A stretch of 64,000 bases of DNA from Octopus vulgaris. Its lineage: Eukaryota. The notes beneath the pieces were generated by a model. It was not told the DNA's origin and ran no database searches. It was given only the letters and a program-made list of their open reading frames with translations. Position 1 is the first letter of the stretch; the number at the start of each line of letters is the position of its first letter. Location: NCBI GenBank assembly GCA_951406725.2, contig OX597823.1:19654001-19718000 (forward strand), read 5' to 3'. Below, piece by piece: positions 26,664 through 40,983 of the stretch. The translations under genes were made by a program, and so were the position numbers.

Positions 26664-28252
26664 ATGTACGTGCGTATATATGAACACGCGTATGTACGTA
26701 CGTGTGTATGTATGTACGTATGTATGTATGTATGTATGTATGCATGAGTTTAATTTAAGTTTTAAAAACTCTGCTAATTTATCACCTTGCGTACAAGATA
26801 TTCAGGGAAACATTCTAACGATAATTTTTTTAATTCTTTTTTATGTGTTTCAGTCATTTGATTGCGGCCATGCTGGAGCAAGCCTTTAGTCGAAGAAATC
26901 GACCTCAGGACTTATTCTTTGTAAGCCTAGTACATTTTTCTATTGGTGTCTTTTGACAAACCGCTAAGTTACAAGGATATAAACACACCAGCATCGATTG
27001 TCAAGTGATGGTGGTGGGGACACACACTCAGACACACACACGCATAAACCTCTTTTCGGGGTCCCTTTATTTCTTCCCTACCCCTAATTTTAATCCCCTG
27101 TCTCTTTATATGTTGGTTATATGTGTTTTTATTTTCTATAAATTCTTATCATTTTGTTTTCTTATTTTGGTATCCTTACTTATTAACCTCTTATCCCTTA
27201 TGAATTGTGATTTTTCTTGTTCTTGAATAGATATTTCTCAGTTATTTAAGTCTATGTGAGATATTTATACTATATCCATATAAAAGTATAAATATTTGAG
27301 CATGTGTATATATGCATATATGCACATATATAAATGTGTGTCTATCTGTATACATTTTTACACTTTTCTGATTCATGGCTTATAATTAATAGACAGCATG
27401 TATATCTTTCTAGTTATTCCATAAGTAAATGTCTTGAGCAGTCTTTATAGAAACCACCTAATAAGTAATTAATTAAGTACATGAATGAATATTAAACTAA
27501 TTCCATGTAATCTTCCTTTATGATGTTTATAATTGATACATACACACCTTTTATCTATTTTGGTTATGATATCATTTTTGAAATCCTTAAATTATATTTT
27601 TATACAACAATATTGTTTATAAACAATCACCCATAGTCTCCCTAAATAAAATTTCCTCTGTATTAACATCTTGCACCTTTAACTGGTAATTAGCATCATG
27701 ATTTAAAGTCTACCTCTACTCTGCCTCTTTTTATAGATAGTTACTTATATCCAACTGATTAGTCCTAATGTCTTATTTCCTCCCTGAGGAAAAGGGTTAC
27801 ATATGATATTATTTATGACCATACCTAGCCATGAGATGTCAACTCACTTTTGTCCTTTATTCAAAATAGACACAGACTTCTAGTCTGAGATTTAGTAGTT
27901 GATAAAGAGATAAATGAATTAGAAATGAATTACAATCACTAACAACCCTATGATCCCACTATGTCCCATGCGATTCTTAGAAGTGTAGTCTATTCTTAGC
28001 TACAATAGCGACAACATAAATTTATTCCAACTTGCTCAGTTAAAATTTTTGAAAAATTATATTAATGTGTTTTACTTGAAATTGCTGGCCTTGTGCCAAA
28101 ATTTGAAACCGGTATGAGTGAAGGAATGGCTGAAAGGTTAAGAAGTTTGTTTCACAACCTTGAGATTTCGGATCCAATTCTACTGCCAAGGTTTCTCAAA
28201 AGCCTTGTTAATGAAACTTTTGCAGCCAAGATGGTCTCCACTGGCAAGCAGT

Positions 28253-28593
28253 CTTTTTCTTTCTTTCTTTCTTTCTTTCTTTCTTTCATTCATTTTTTCT
28301 TCCTTCCTTCCTTCCTTCCTTCCTTCCTTCCTTCCTTCCTTCCTTTCTTTCTTTCTTTCTTTCATTTTTCTTTCTTCCTTCCTTCCTTCCTTCCTTTCTT
28401 TCTTTCTTTCTTTCTTTCTTTCATTTTTTCTTTCTTCCTTCCTTCCTTCCTTCCTTCCTTCCTTCCTTCCTTTCTTTCTTTCTTTCTTTCATTCATTTTT
28501 CTTTCTTCCTTCCTTCCTTCCTTCCTTCCTTTCTTTCTTTCTTTCTTTCTTCCTTCCTTCTTTCTTTCTTTCTTTCTTTCTTCCCTCCTTCCT

Positions 28594-28647
<54 letters not shown>

Positions 28648-28744
28648 TTCCTTCCTTCCTTCCTTCCTTCCTTCCTTCCTTCCTTCCTTTCTTTCTTTCT
28701 TCCTTCCTTCCTTCCTTCCTTTCTTTTTTCTTTCTTTCTTTCTT
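28253..28744. repeat. (TTTC)n/(TTCC)n polypyrimidine tract
   Basis: Direct inspection. Confidence 0.95.
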
Positions 28745-29538
28745 ATATGTCATGGCCAGCCTGCAGGCCACGGAACTTTCCACATGGCATGCCTAAAGAA
28801 AAGTTACCTTCAACTGTTTCTTTATTAGTAGTGCGGCCCATTTGATGACAATCATGTCTCATGCAACCTGCTTCTCAACAAAGATTGTCCATGCCTGTCT
28901 TAGAGAATCAAGAGTGACACCTATGACTCTTTTCATAGCCTATGGAACTGGGTAGGAAGAAGGGAGTTAAGTTATCTTCAGACCAGAAATTCGGTCGAAT
29001 TGCTTGCCCTAAAGACCAGCTGAAGACAAAAAACTGGGCAGCAGATTGGGTTTATCATGTTAGGACAGGAACCGTCTCTTACTGGCGAGTTTCTACAGAT
29101 TCTGCTAACCATATTTCAGAGTCACATCGTGGTTGCTCGACCTGCTAGAAGTAGTAGTTGAAGTACTCTCTATCATTTTAAAAATGTCTTTAAAAAAAGA
29201 CATGTTGGTTAATGCAATATCAAATAAATGACAGGATGGTTATGGTTGGAACAACTTGGTAATTGGTTTATTCCTTCAGAACTGACCCGAGTAACAACAA
29301 CGACAACAACAAGATTTCTCTTATGAGGTTTTGGTTGACCAGAAGATAAGACACAAAAACACTTTCCCAAAGTACCATGAAGCAAGATCGAACTCAAATC
29401 TTTATAGTTAAGAAGTGAACTTCTAAACCACACCACTATAATTGAAAGGCTAAGTCCATCTGTGTAGTATTCACACACACAGCATAAAGGGATTTATACC
29501 CGTTGTTACTATCCATTAATTTGGTTACAGGATATTTC

Positions 29539-30388
29539 CAGGGACGGATTATATCCCATACAGGCCCTAAGCACCTAAAAGATTTTGGTGCCACCGTACA
29601 TACATACATAGACATGTATGTATGTATATATGTATGTATGTATATATGTATGTAAGTGAAAATATGAACAATGATAAACCATAACATAAATTTTTATTTT
29701 TCAAAATCAAACAAAACTTGCAGTAAGCTGGAAAATAATGTTTATTTTTGTATACTTCCATTTTATTTATATTTGAAAAATGTCCTCTTTTACTCTTTTA
29801 CTTGTTTCAGTCATGTGACTGTGGCCATGCTGGAGCACCGCCTTTAGTCAAGCAAATCGACCCCAGGACTTATTCTTTGTAAGCCTAGTACTTATTCTAT
29901 CGGTCTCTTTTGCCGAACCACTAAGTTACAGGTACGTAAACACACCAGCATCGGTTGTCAAGCGATGTTGGAGGGGACAAACACAGACACACAAACATAT
30001 ACACACACATACATATATATACATATATACGACGGGCTTCTTTCAGTTTCTGTCTACCAAATCCACTCACAAGGCTTTGGTCGGCCCGAGGCTATAGTAG
30101 AAGACACTTGCCCAAGGTGCCACACAGTGGGACTGAACCCGGAACCATGTGGTTCATAAGCAAGCTACTTACCACACTGCCACTCCTTACTTTTTTAATC
30201 GCAAAATCTTTGATCAGATCCTCACAATGATTCCATGAATACTTCGAAGTTATATTTCTGATCATTTAAATCTCCTGGAATGTTATTTTAGCAAGTTTAA
30301 AATTTCTTTTGTGCCGTAAACCTTTTACCATTTCTGTAGTACCCCCACTTCCCTTGATTTCACTTAACGGTTGGTTAAGCTAGTGCTG
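29539..30388 (-). mobile_element. Non-autonomous hAT-like element with a nested SINE A (29788-30187)
   Basis: CAG...CTG termini; 8-bp TSD gatatttc/gatatcac; homologous to 31121-32323. Confidence 0.7.
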
Positions 30389-30457
30389 GATATCACTAAC
30401 TACCACAAGGTGATAATTTAAGCGCGTCCATTATCAATTCTACCTCAGAAGTATTGT

Positions 30458-31056
30458 GGTGGTGAGCTGGCAGAAGTGTTAGTATGCTGGGCAAAATGCT
30501 TAGCAGCATTTCATCTGCCGTTACGTTCTGAGTTCAAATTCCGCCAAGGTTTACTTTGCCTTTCATCCTTTCAGGGTTGATAAATTAAGTACCAGTTATG
30601 CACTAGAGTTGATATAATTGACTTAACTCATTTGTCTGTCCTTGTTTGTTCCCTCTGTGTTTAGCCCCTTGTGGGTAATAAAGAAACAGGTATTTTGTCT
30701 GCTGTTACGTTCTGAGTTCAAATTCCGCCTAGGTCAACTTTGCCTTTCATCCTTTCAGGGTTGATAAATTAAGTACCAGTTATGCACTGGGGTTGATGTA
30801 ATCGACTTAATCCCTTTGTCTGTCCTTGATTGTCCCTTCTATGTTTAGCTCCTTGTGGGTAGTAAAGAAATAGGTATTTCGTCTCCCATTACGTTCTGAG
30901 TTCAAATTCTGCCAAGGTCGACTTTGCCTTTCATCCTTTCAGGGTCGATAAATTAAGTACCAGTTATGCACTAGGGTCGATGTAATCGACTTAATCCCTT
31001 ACTTTGTCCTTGTTTGTCCCTTCTATGTTTAGCCCCCTGTGGGCAATAAAGAAATA
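30458..31056 (+). mobile_element. SINE B trimer flanked by a single TSD
   Basis: TSD agaagtattgt/agaagcattgt; three units. Confidence 0.9.
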
Positions 31057-31120
31057 AGAAGCATTGTGGCAGATTGAATCCACCACAGAACTTGAGGGGT
31101 ATTTTATTTTATCAGCCATG

Positions 31121-32323
31121 CAGCACTGGATTAACCATTAAGCGAACAAAGGCATCAGAGGAAGCAGGGGCATTATAGAAATGGTAAATGGTTTATGGCA
31201 CAAAAGAAATCACTTTAAACTTGCTAAAATAATATAGCAGGAAGTTTATATGATTGGAAATATATTTTTAAAATGTTCATGGTGTTATAATGAGGATCTG
31301 ATCAAAGACTTTGCAATTCGAAAAAAGTAGGAGAAATTTTTCAAATATAAATAAAATGGAAATATACAAAAATAAACATTATTTTCCACTTTACTGTTAG
31401 TTTTGTTTCAGTTTGAAAAATAAAAATGTGGCAGAGGTAAAGAATACACCATCCGTTTTCGGCGTAACCCTAACAACTTGTGTATAGGCAGTGTGGAACT
31501 GCAGCACCCTCTATTTCCACTCGATATTATTGATAACATTCAATATAAATGAGTCCTTTTTTTCTTTAATTCTTTCTTTATACTTGTACATTATATAATC
31601 CTTAAACTTAATGTCAGTAGACATCCCCTAGTTTATGAAAAAAATAAAAATTCTTGTATAGAACTGTGCACTTCGCAGTTCCAGCGATGCGGTGTTTGGC
31701 TGTTGTGAGCATGCTCACATGTCCAAGATAGGAAGCTTCATGATAGGGAGAGAGAGCACTGTCGTTCACACAGTGCCGGTGAAAGATATTGTTTCTTTTT
31801 GACTTTGCGTGTGTTGTGCTTAAAAACGTGTTTGTATTCTTGAAAGTGTAGAATTAGATTATTATCCTGCTTCCAGCTTTAGTGTTGCTGCCAGGATTTG
31901 AAAAATAGGGCAGATCCCTACCTCCCCTATTTTGTGATTTAGGTGGGGTGATTTTTCAAAAACAAAGGGGGAATTTGCGGCAATGTTCAGTGAACAAATT
32001 AAACACAATACCCGGCAGTGGCTAAAATGCGAACCGATCAAATTTATGTATCAATATTCTTTTTATATGTTTGTTTCCTTTTACACAATATTAAAACAAT
32101 GGCTAAAAATTTTCTGAAGCAGCACCCCCAATAATTTTATCTATGAGCCGCCACTGCCTAACCCTAAACCCTAAACCCTAAACCTAAATACTGGGTGTGC
32201 GTATTCTTTACCTTCGCCAAAAATATTATAGTTTATTATTGTATATATTCTGAATTACACATATATAAGGATACTAAAATCTTTTAAATGCTTAGGGCCT
32301 CTGTGGGTCTTAATGTTGCCTTG
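31121..32323 (+). mobile_element. Non-autonomous hAT-like element with nested insertions
   Basis: TSD cagccatg/cagcgatg; contains the MITE at 31430-32218. Confidence 0.7.
31430..32218. mobile_element. GG...CC MITE with 8-bp TSD and telomere-like repeats; itself interrupted at ~31488-32156
   Basis: TIRs ggcagaggtaaagaatac / gtattctttaccttcgcc; TSD aaaaatgt/aaaaatat; ccctaa(a) repeats. Confidence 0.65.
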
Positions 32324-32989
32324 CAGCGATGGGAAAATTAAAGACAAAGTTGACTCTGACGAAATTTGAACTCAGAACGTTTGACAGCGAGAAGCCTCTA
32401 AGCTGTCATTGCTCGACCTACGAGAAATGGCAGTTAAACATGTCTCACATATCACATTCTGCAGTTTAAAAAGTAATGTAATCCTAAAACTACGCCATGC
32501 ATAAAAAGGAAAAAAAAAAAAGAGAGAAAAACAAACGGTATGGCCACGATTGGAATACCTTTGATTATAGGCCAGCTTATTCAGGTATGACCTGGGACTA
32601 AACGATAAAAAGGCGATGTGGTACAGCTGAAATACCTTTCAGGATAATTGTACTTAGGGATTATCCGGACTATAGAAGACAGGAACCCTACAATAAGACG
32701 AGGCTGACAACCATAATATGTAATCACACACACTGCATACACACACACACACACACACAGACACACACACAGCATACACACACATTGCATACACACACAG
32801 ATTTCAGGGTTAAATGCAGTTCAGCTCGCAAAAAAAAAGTATAACGACTAGAAGTGACAATAGTGGCACCCCAGCGAGTCAGACAAAAATACATAGCGGT
32901 ATTTCCCTCCACCCCGGCTTTACTTTTTGAGATCAAATCCTGCCAAAGACATCTTCGTCTTGTATCCTATCGGTGTCGATAAACTAAGT

Positions 32990-33247
32990 ACCTATTTCTT
33001 TACTACCCACAAGAGGCTAAACATAGAGGGGACAAACAAGTACAGACAAACGAATTAAGTCGATTACATCGATCCCCAGTGCGTCACTGGTACTTAATTT
33101 ATCGACCCCCGAAAGGATGAAAGGTAAAGTCGACCCCGAAAGGATGAAAGGTAAAGTCGACCTCAGCGGAATTTGAACTCAGAACGCAGCGGCGGACGAA
33201 ATACCACAAAACATTTAGCCCGGCGTGCTAACGATTCTGCCAGCTCC
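32990..33247 (-). mobile_element. SINE family B with an internal 29-bp duplication
   Basis: Family B core; cccgaaaggatgaaaggtaaagtcgac occurs twice. Confidence 0.85.
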
Positions 33248-34940
33248 TAAGTACCAGTTGAGCATTGGAATCGACGAAAAACCTTCTATGTAAAAATTGC
33301 TGGCTTTGTGCCAAAATTTGAAATCACTAACAGAACCCTCTTTTTATGCCGCGTCTACATGCACCAGAATTGTTATTTTTATAGTACTTTCTGGTGATAT
33401 AAATATTCCAAAAGTATTTCAGAAATAGCAGTATGTTACGACGTACTAAACCCAGTACAAATATAAACTGTTTTCATCTCATAAAAAACCGTACGGTTTC
33501 CGTGCCATACGTACGTTTTTTATAGGTTGGTCACGTAAATATTCAAATGAGATTATAAGGATGTCACTGGGGAGGGGGTCACTTCCGGTCAATTTACTTG
33601 AACTTTTTTTATTTATTTATTTAAACCCTTCAACTACAAGTTAACAGAAATTAGTGCATGTCTGGTGTCTACGTTACCCGAGGAGGAGAAATAAAGTAAA
33701 CCCTAGAAGGATTTGAACTCAGACTGCACAAGTTCTGAATAAAATGCAGTTTGGAATTTGAGTCCAGTCTAACTTTTCTTCCACGCCACTTATAAACCAT
33801 GTGTGTTTGGCTCGTTGAATGTCCTTATGTTTCTGTCTATATCACACGCTATACTTACAATTCTTCACCCCTCTCGCCTTCTCTCTCAACTCTTTCGCCC
33901 TCTCATTCTTTATTACGTAATCACACTACACTTCAACCTCTCTCTCTCTCTCTCGCTTTCTCTATCTCTCTCTCTACATATATATCTCTCTCACCCTCTT
34001 TCTGTCACTCACTCCATCACCCTCCTGTTCCACCGCCGTCGCCACCGCCGTCGCCGACGACGCCGCCACCACCTCTGTCCACCCACCTTCGCCACCACTC
34101 TCTCTCTCCCACCCACCCAACCTTATATTTCTATCTCCGCATTTTTTTTTTCCACCCAGGGCGTGGTTCTTTACTTCTGTCACCTCTACCCCCGTCTTCT
34201 TCCACCCATCCCATCACTCCACGTGGCACCCCATCCCCTTCCTCTTGACTTTTACCCTACACTTTCTTCCCCTCCCCCTCCATCTCCCCCCTCTTTCTCC
34301 TTCCTTATCATTCTCCACTTTAACCCCCCTCCTCACTCTCGCTACTGCCTCACACTACCACTCACACTCGGCTTCCAGTCGAAATAGATATTTTAAGCTT
34401 TTAGCGGCAAACATTTTGCGTATGCGTGTGTGTCTGTAGTTGTCTCTGATTGTGTGTATGTGTGACTGTGTATGCTTGCATGTATGTATGTTTGTATGTA
34501 TGTGTATTCTTGTTTCGGCACAAGTATGTATACGTGTATGTTTGTGTGCGTGCGTGTGTGTGTGTAAATGTGTGTTTCGGTACGAGAGTGTGTATGTATA
34601 TGCATATATGTGTGTGTGTGTCAATCGGTATGTTTGTATGTGTGTGCTTGCATGTATGTATGTATGTATGTGTATTCATGTTTCGGTAAAAGTATGTATA
34701 CGTGTATGTTTGTGTGCGTGCGTGTGTGTGTGTGTCAGTCGGTATATTTGTATGTGTGTGCGCATGTTTCGGCATGAATATGTGTGTATTTGTGCGAATT
34801 TGCATGTTTGTGTGATTGTGTGTGTGTGTATTTGTATATTTTAGCACGAACGTATGTATATATATATATATATTTATGTATGTTTGTGTGAATATATTTG
34901 TGTGCATGTAGGTGTATATACATGTTTCGGCATGAAAGTG

Positions 34941-34978
<38 letters not shown>

Positions 34979-35633
34979 TTTGTGAGTAAATTGGCTGATT
35001 GACTTTGTGTGTGTGTGTGTGTGTTTGTAACATATTTATATAAGTGTATGTATGTTTATGTGTGTGTGTACATGTTTGTGTATGTGTGCCCACTAATCTA
35101 TGTGCATATGTGAGTATGGGGTTTGTCTTTTAGTAAGTTAGCAAGTTTCTTTTGTGCATGTAAGGAGTGTGTGTGCGCGTGTGTTCGTTTGTGTATGTGG
35201 GCCACTGATATACGTATATGTGTGTGTGTGTGTATGTGTGTGTGTGTGTGTGTGTCCGCGCGGGTATGAGTGTGTGCACGTGTACGTTTGCGTATTTCGG
35301 CATGCGTGCGTATGTGCCTAATTTTAATGAACTGCCGTGCCATACGAAGTGCATACGTGTGTGTGTGTGTGTGTGTGTTTGTACGGTGCCTTTTGTCATG
35401 TATGGTGGTGTGTGTTAATAAGTGTGTATATGTGTGTTTATGTGTCTATGCGTATGTGTATTTGTGTGTGTGTGTGTATGTGTGTGTGTGTGTGTCTCAA
35501 AGTCTCTACGAATGTGATGGACTTTTGGTGAGTAAACATTTATTATGCAGTGTGTCCGTGTGTCGCGATATGATGAATGTCTGTGATATATCTGAGTGAA
35601 TATAAGTGTATACGTGTGTGAGTGTGCGTATAT

Positions 35634-35844
35634 ACTCTTTTCTCTTTTACTCTTTTACTTGTTTCAGTCATTTGACTGCGGCCATGCTGGAGCACCGCCT
35701 TTAGTCGAGCAAATCGACCCCGGGACTTATTCTTTGTAAGCCCAGTACTTATTCTATCGGTCTCTTTTTTGCCGAACCGCTAAGTAACGGGGACGTAAAC
35801 ACACCAGCATCGGTTGTCAAGCAATGCTAGGGGGACAAACACAG

Positions 35845-35883
<39 letters not shown>

Positions 35884-36052
35884 CATATATACGACAGGCT
35901 TCTTTCAGTTTCCGTCTACCAAATCCACTCACAAGGCATTGGTCGGCCCGGGGCTATAGCAGAAGACACTCGCCCAAGATGCCACGCAGTGGGACTGAAC
36001 CCGGAACCATGTGGTTGGTAAGCAAGCTACTTACCACACAGCCACTCCTGCG
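35634..36052 (-). mobile_element. SINE family A, full length
   Basis: Complete from head to (agtaaaag) tail. Confidence 0.9.
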
Positions 36053-36851
36053 CTATATATGCGTATATATGTAAAAGTGTGTGTGTGTATGTACGAGTGG
36101 GTGTGCGTATGTGTGTATATATAAAAGTGTGTGTGTGTGTGTGTGTGTGTATTAGCATGTTTGAATGTGCGTCTGTTTGCATTAAAATAAATTAGAATGT
36201 TTCTGTGGTTGCGTGTGTGTTACATAAGCATGTCAGCCTCTGAAGCCTGTCTACGGGTGTGCACATGTGTCTGTGTATAATATGCTTAAGACTATTTCCG
36301 ATTGTTTTGTATTTTGTGGGAGCGAACAGCGATACTTAATGAAACTCAGGGTTATTAATAGAGCGATAATAGCACGTCTCATAAGACTGGACCCGGTCTT
36401 TTCGGCTATACGTGACCGAGATCACAAAATTTCCCCTGCTGGTTGTAAGGATCAAGGCGAATAATTTTGAAAGGACAGGAGCAAATCCATTGCACCAACT
36501 CCACTACTTAACTAGTACTTAAATCTTATCGATCCCGAAGGGATGAAAAGCGAAATTGACCTCGACGGGATTTGAACTCAGAACGCTGAGAGACGGGAGA
36601 AATGTGGTATTTTGCCCAGCTCGCCGTCTTAGTTAAAACTAATGATAGAATGTATGTATGTGTATATATATTTTATGATTCCGCTTAGCCATAGCTGCAG
36701 TTAGAACTTAATATATGGTATTGTAACTGTACAGTCGTACAAGCACTAGATTGTGAGCCAACGGTTCCGCATAGCAGAAACAGCTGCAAGCTAATGGATG
36801 TGATTACGCAACTTCTGTTGTTTTGTCATACATTTATTAATTAATAGATGC

Positions 36852-36897
<46 letters not shown>

Positions 36898-36904
36898 AAA
36901 GAGA

Positions 36905-37030
<126 letters not shown>

Positions 37031-37241
37031 TATATATAGTGCGTTTACATGCACACACACACACACACACATACAGGCGCACCTGTGGCTGCGTGCTTAA
37101 GGAGTTTGCTTAGCAACCACGTGGTTTCGAGTTTAGTTCCATGATGTGGCACCTTGGACAAGTATCTTCTACTATAGCCTCGGCGCAACCAGTGGCTTGT
37201 GGTTAAATTTGGTTGACGGAGATTGGTGTGGAATCCTGTTG

Positions 37242-37700
<459 letters not shown>

Positions 37701-38138
37701 TCTATGTGTGTGGTGGGGCCTGAGTGTTTGTGTCCCCCTCCCCACCACTTGAAAACCAGTGTTAGTTTGTTTATGTCCCCGTAAACTAGAGATTAATAGA
37801 ATAATTACCAGACTCAAAGAAAATAAACACTTTTGTGGATTGTTCAACTCAGTTCTTCTGGGCGATACTCAATCATGGCTGCAGTTCAATAACTATCTGT
37901 CTGTTTGTCTGTTTATCGATCCCGCTCAGTCTCCCTTACTCTGTCTTCTGCATAGAATATAAATCGATCTCAATACTTGACTGGTACAATCGCAAAATTC
38001 TATATTTAAAAAACATAATTATAATCAAACGGAAAATCCATCTTGATGCGGTTTAAATCAAGAATGTAAAAGAGCTGCAATTAAATACCCCGGTAGGATT
38101 TGAACTCGGTACATAAAGAGTAGGAATAAGTACCGCAA

Positions 38139-38211
<73 letters not shown>

Positions 38212-38303
38212 TACAGTAATGCCTCGACTATCGCGGGTGTTACGTTCCAAACCCACCGGCGATAGATGAAAATCCGCGAAGTAGAAACAGTACTGTACTG
38301 TAT

Positions 38304-38602
38304 TGTTGTTTGTTCCTTCTCGAGCCACGCCTGGCTCATAAGGGCCGGTTTCCCGGTTTTCTTGGCGTATAGGTTCCCCACCTAGACAAGATGCCGGTCC
38401 GTCGCAGGTGAGCTGAAAGATGCAGGAGGAAAAAGTGAAAGAAAGTTGTGGCGAAAGAGTCAGCAGAAGTTTCGCCATTACCTTCTACCGGAGCCGCGTG
38501 GGGCTTAGGTGTTTCGCTCATAAGCACACGCATCGCCCGGTCTGAGATTCGAACCCGCGATCCCGAGTCCGCTGCTCTAACCACTAAGCCATATGCCTCC
38601 AC
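38304..38602 (-). mobile_element. tRNA-derived SINE, head H1 + tail T2
   Basis: The head matches the 21064 copy; the tail matches the 56092 copy. Confidence 0.8.
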
Positions 38603-38610
38603 ACTGTACT

Positions 38611-38983
38611 CTTTTACTCGTTTCAGTCATTTGACTGCAGCCATGCTGGAGCACCGCCTTTAATCGAGCAACTCGACCCCGGAACTTATTCTTTTGTAAG
38701 CCCAGTACTTAATCTATCGGACTGTTTTGCCGAACCGCTAAGTAACGGGGACATAAACACACCAGCATCGGTTGTCAAGCAATGCTAGGGGGACAAACAC
38801 AGACACACAAACACAGACACACAAACACACACACGCATATATATATATACATATATACGACAGGCTTCTTTCAGTTTCCGTCTACCAAATCCACTCAAAA
38901 GAAGACGCTTGCCCAAGGTGCCACGCAGCGGGACTGAACCCGGAACCGTGTGGTTGGTAAACAGGCTACTTACCACACAGCCG
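38611..38983 (-). mobile_element. SINE family A
   Basis: High identity to other family A copies. Confidence 0.9.
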
Positions 38984-39208
38984 TATATATATCTTAAAAT
39001 TATTTTTATAATTTGTATATATATATGTTTTATTGTAAATGCAAAACAGCACCACGGATGAATCGACGGACGTAAGCTTAACCCATTGCCTGCCATGAGC
39101 CCCATTTGGGGATCTGCTAAAAGCAGTCTCACTGCTGGTTGTTCATTGTACTTAAAGTGAATTGCTGCATTTGCGGAAGTGTGTTAAACAATATTTAGTA
39201 GTTAAAGT

Positions 39209-39652
39209 GGACCTTTTCGGTTTGAACGGCAGTTTTTAACATAATTTCTAGGTAACTAAAAAATTTTAAACTTCGTATACTGGTAGAATGTGTTTATAAA
39301 ACATCTTTTTCTCTTGGCTTTATTGAGAAAATTCTATAGTTTGTAAGATATTTGTGAGATATTTTCTTCAATTTTGGCAATTTCAACCAATCAATGACGT
39401 GTATTCGAGGTGAAAATTATTCTGTGCCGTATGAATATGTCCCTCGTTTAAGAAACAGATTGGGTTTATTTAAATTTCTGAAGAAAAAAAGATACCCTTC
39501 CCCCACCCCTAACCCTAACCCAAACCCTAACCCTAACTAACCCTAACCCTAAAACAGATTGAAATGCAATAGATCGATACTAGGGTCATAATTATGGGTG
39601 ACAATCTCATGGCACCTCTAGAAAAAAACTGCCGTTCAAACCGAAAAGATCC
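39209..39652 (+). mobile_element. MITE with ~29-bp TIR, 8-bp TSD and internal (TAACCC)n
   Basis: TIR gga(t/c)cttttcggtttgaacggcagttttt; TSD gttaaagt. Confidence 0.9.
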
Positions 39653-39867
39653 GTTAAAGTTTGTCATTATTAGCTCTGGCTAATTCTTGAGAGCATTTTA
39701 TATCACAAATCGCAAGTTTTGAACTACAAAAATATCGACCGTTTTGAAAACGGTTTTTTTTTTTTTGCATTTCCCATTGTATATCATTCATAAATATTTC
39801 ATACACATTCGCATTTGATTCTATAGTTAAAAAAAAAACCCCGACTAAAATGTTTATTATTGCAATG

Positions 39868-40286
39868 GGATCTTTTCGGTTTGAACGGCAGTTTTTTCTA
39901 GCGGTGTCATATGAAATCGTCACCCATAATTATGACCCTAGAATCGATCTATTGCATTTCAATCTCTTTTAGGGTTAGGATTAGGGGTAGGGGAAGGGTA
40001 TCTTTTTTTTCTTCACAAATGTAAATAAACCCAATCTGTTTCTTAAACGAGGGACATATTCATACGGTACAGAATGTTTTTTTTTTACCACAATGGACGT
40101 CATTGATTGGTTGAAATTGCAGAAATTGAAGAAAAAACAACAAATATCTAACAAACTATAGAATTTTCTCAATAAAGCCAAGAGAAAAAGATGTTTTATA
40201 AACACATTCTACCTGTATGCGAAGTTTAAAATGTTTTAGTTACCTAGAAATTATGTTAAAAACTGCCGTTCAAACCGAAACGATCC
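39868..40286 (-). mobile_element. Same MITE family, opposite orientation
   Basis: TSD ttgcaatg/ttacaatg. Confidence 0.9.
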
Positions 40287-40543
40287 TTACAATGGAATAG
40301 AAAAGGATAAATATGCTTTTTTTCAGCGATCCCCATTTTTGGGAGTTTCGAATAATTTATCATAATTTCCAAAATAATTCACATATGAAGAAAATTTAAA
40401 TACTATATATTATTTTAACTTCTAAGACAAAAAAAAAATGAATAAAAAATTTGGCAGTTAATGGGTTAAATAATAAGTCGTGATAGGTGAACCGCAATAT
40501 GAAGAGGGCTTACGGTATTTGTATATAGATTTATATAATCCTA

Positions 40544-40983
40544 GGATCTTTTCGGTTTGAACGGCAGTTTTTAACATAATTTCTAGGTAACTAAACACTT
40601 TTAAACTTCGTATACTGGTAGAATGTGTTTATAAAACATCTTTTTCTCTTGGCTTTATTGAGAAAATTCTATAGTTTGTAAGATGTTTGTTGTTTTTTTT
40701 TCTTCAATTTCTGCAATTTCAACCAATCAGTGACGTCTATTGAGGTAAAAAGCATTCTGTGTCGTATGAATATGTCCCTCGTTTAAGAAACATATTGGGT
40801 TTATTTACATTTGTGAAGAAAAAAAAGATACCCTTCCCCCACCCCTAACCCTAACCCTAACCCTAACTAACCCTAACCTTAAAAGAGATTGAAATGCAAT
40901 AGATCGATTCTACGGTTATAATTATGGGTGACAATTTCATATAACACCGCTAGAAAAAACTGCCGTTCAGACCGAAAAGATCC
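40544..40983 (+). mobile_element. Same MITE family, third copy
   Basis: TSD taatccta. Confidence 0.9.

Larger units (their letters stand above)
39082..40465. mobile_element. piggyBac-type non-autonomous element carrying two nested MITEs
   Basis: TTAA|cccattgcctgcca ... tggcagttaatggg|TTAA. Confidence 0.8.
38214..40515. mobile_element. pogo/Tigger MITE split by multiple nested insertions
   Basis: Segments 38214-38303, 38984-39081 and 40466-40515 reconstitute the intact copy at 15690-15905. Confidence 0.8.

Noticed and set aside
28780-29130. Possible restriction-like endonuclease remnant of a LINE
   Set aside because: Too degenerate to support by eye.
33799-34387. Pro-rich/Arg-rich ORFs over a CpG-rich patch
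   Set aside because: Low-complexity CT/CCG sequence with no recognisable domain or convincing splice sites.
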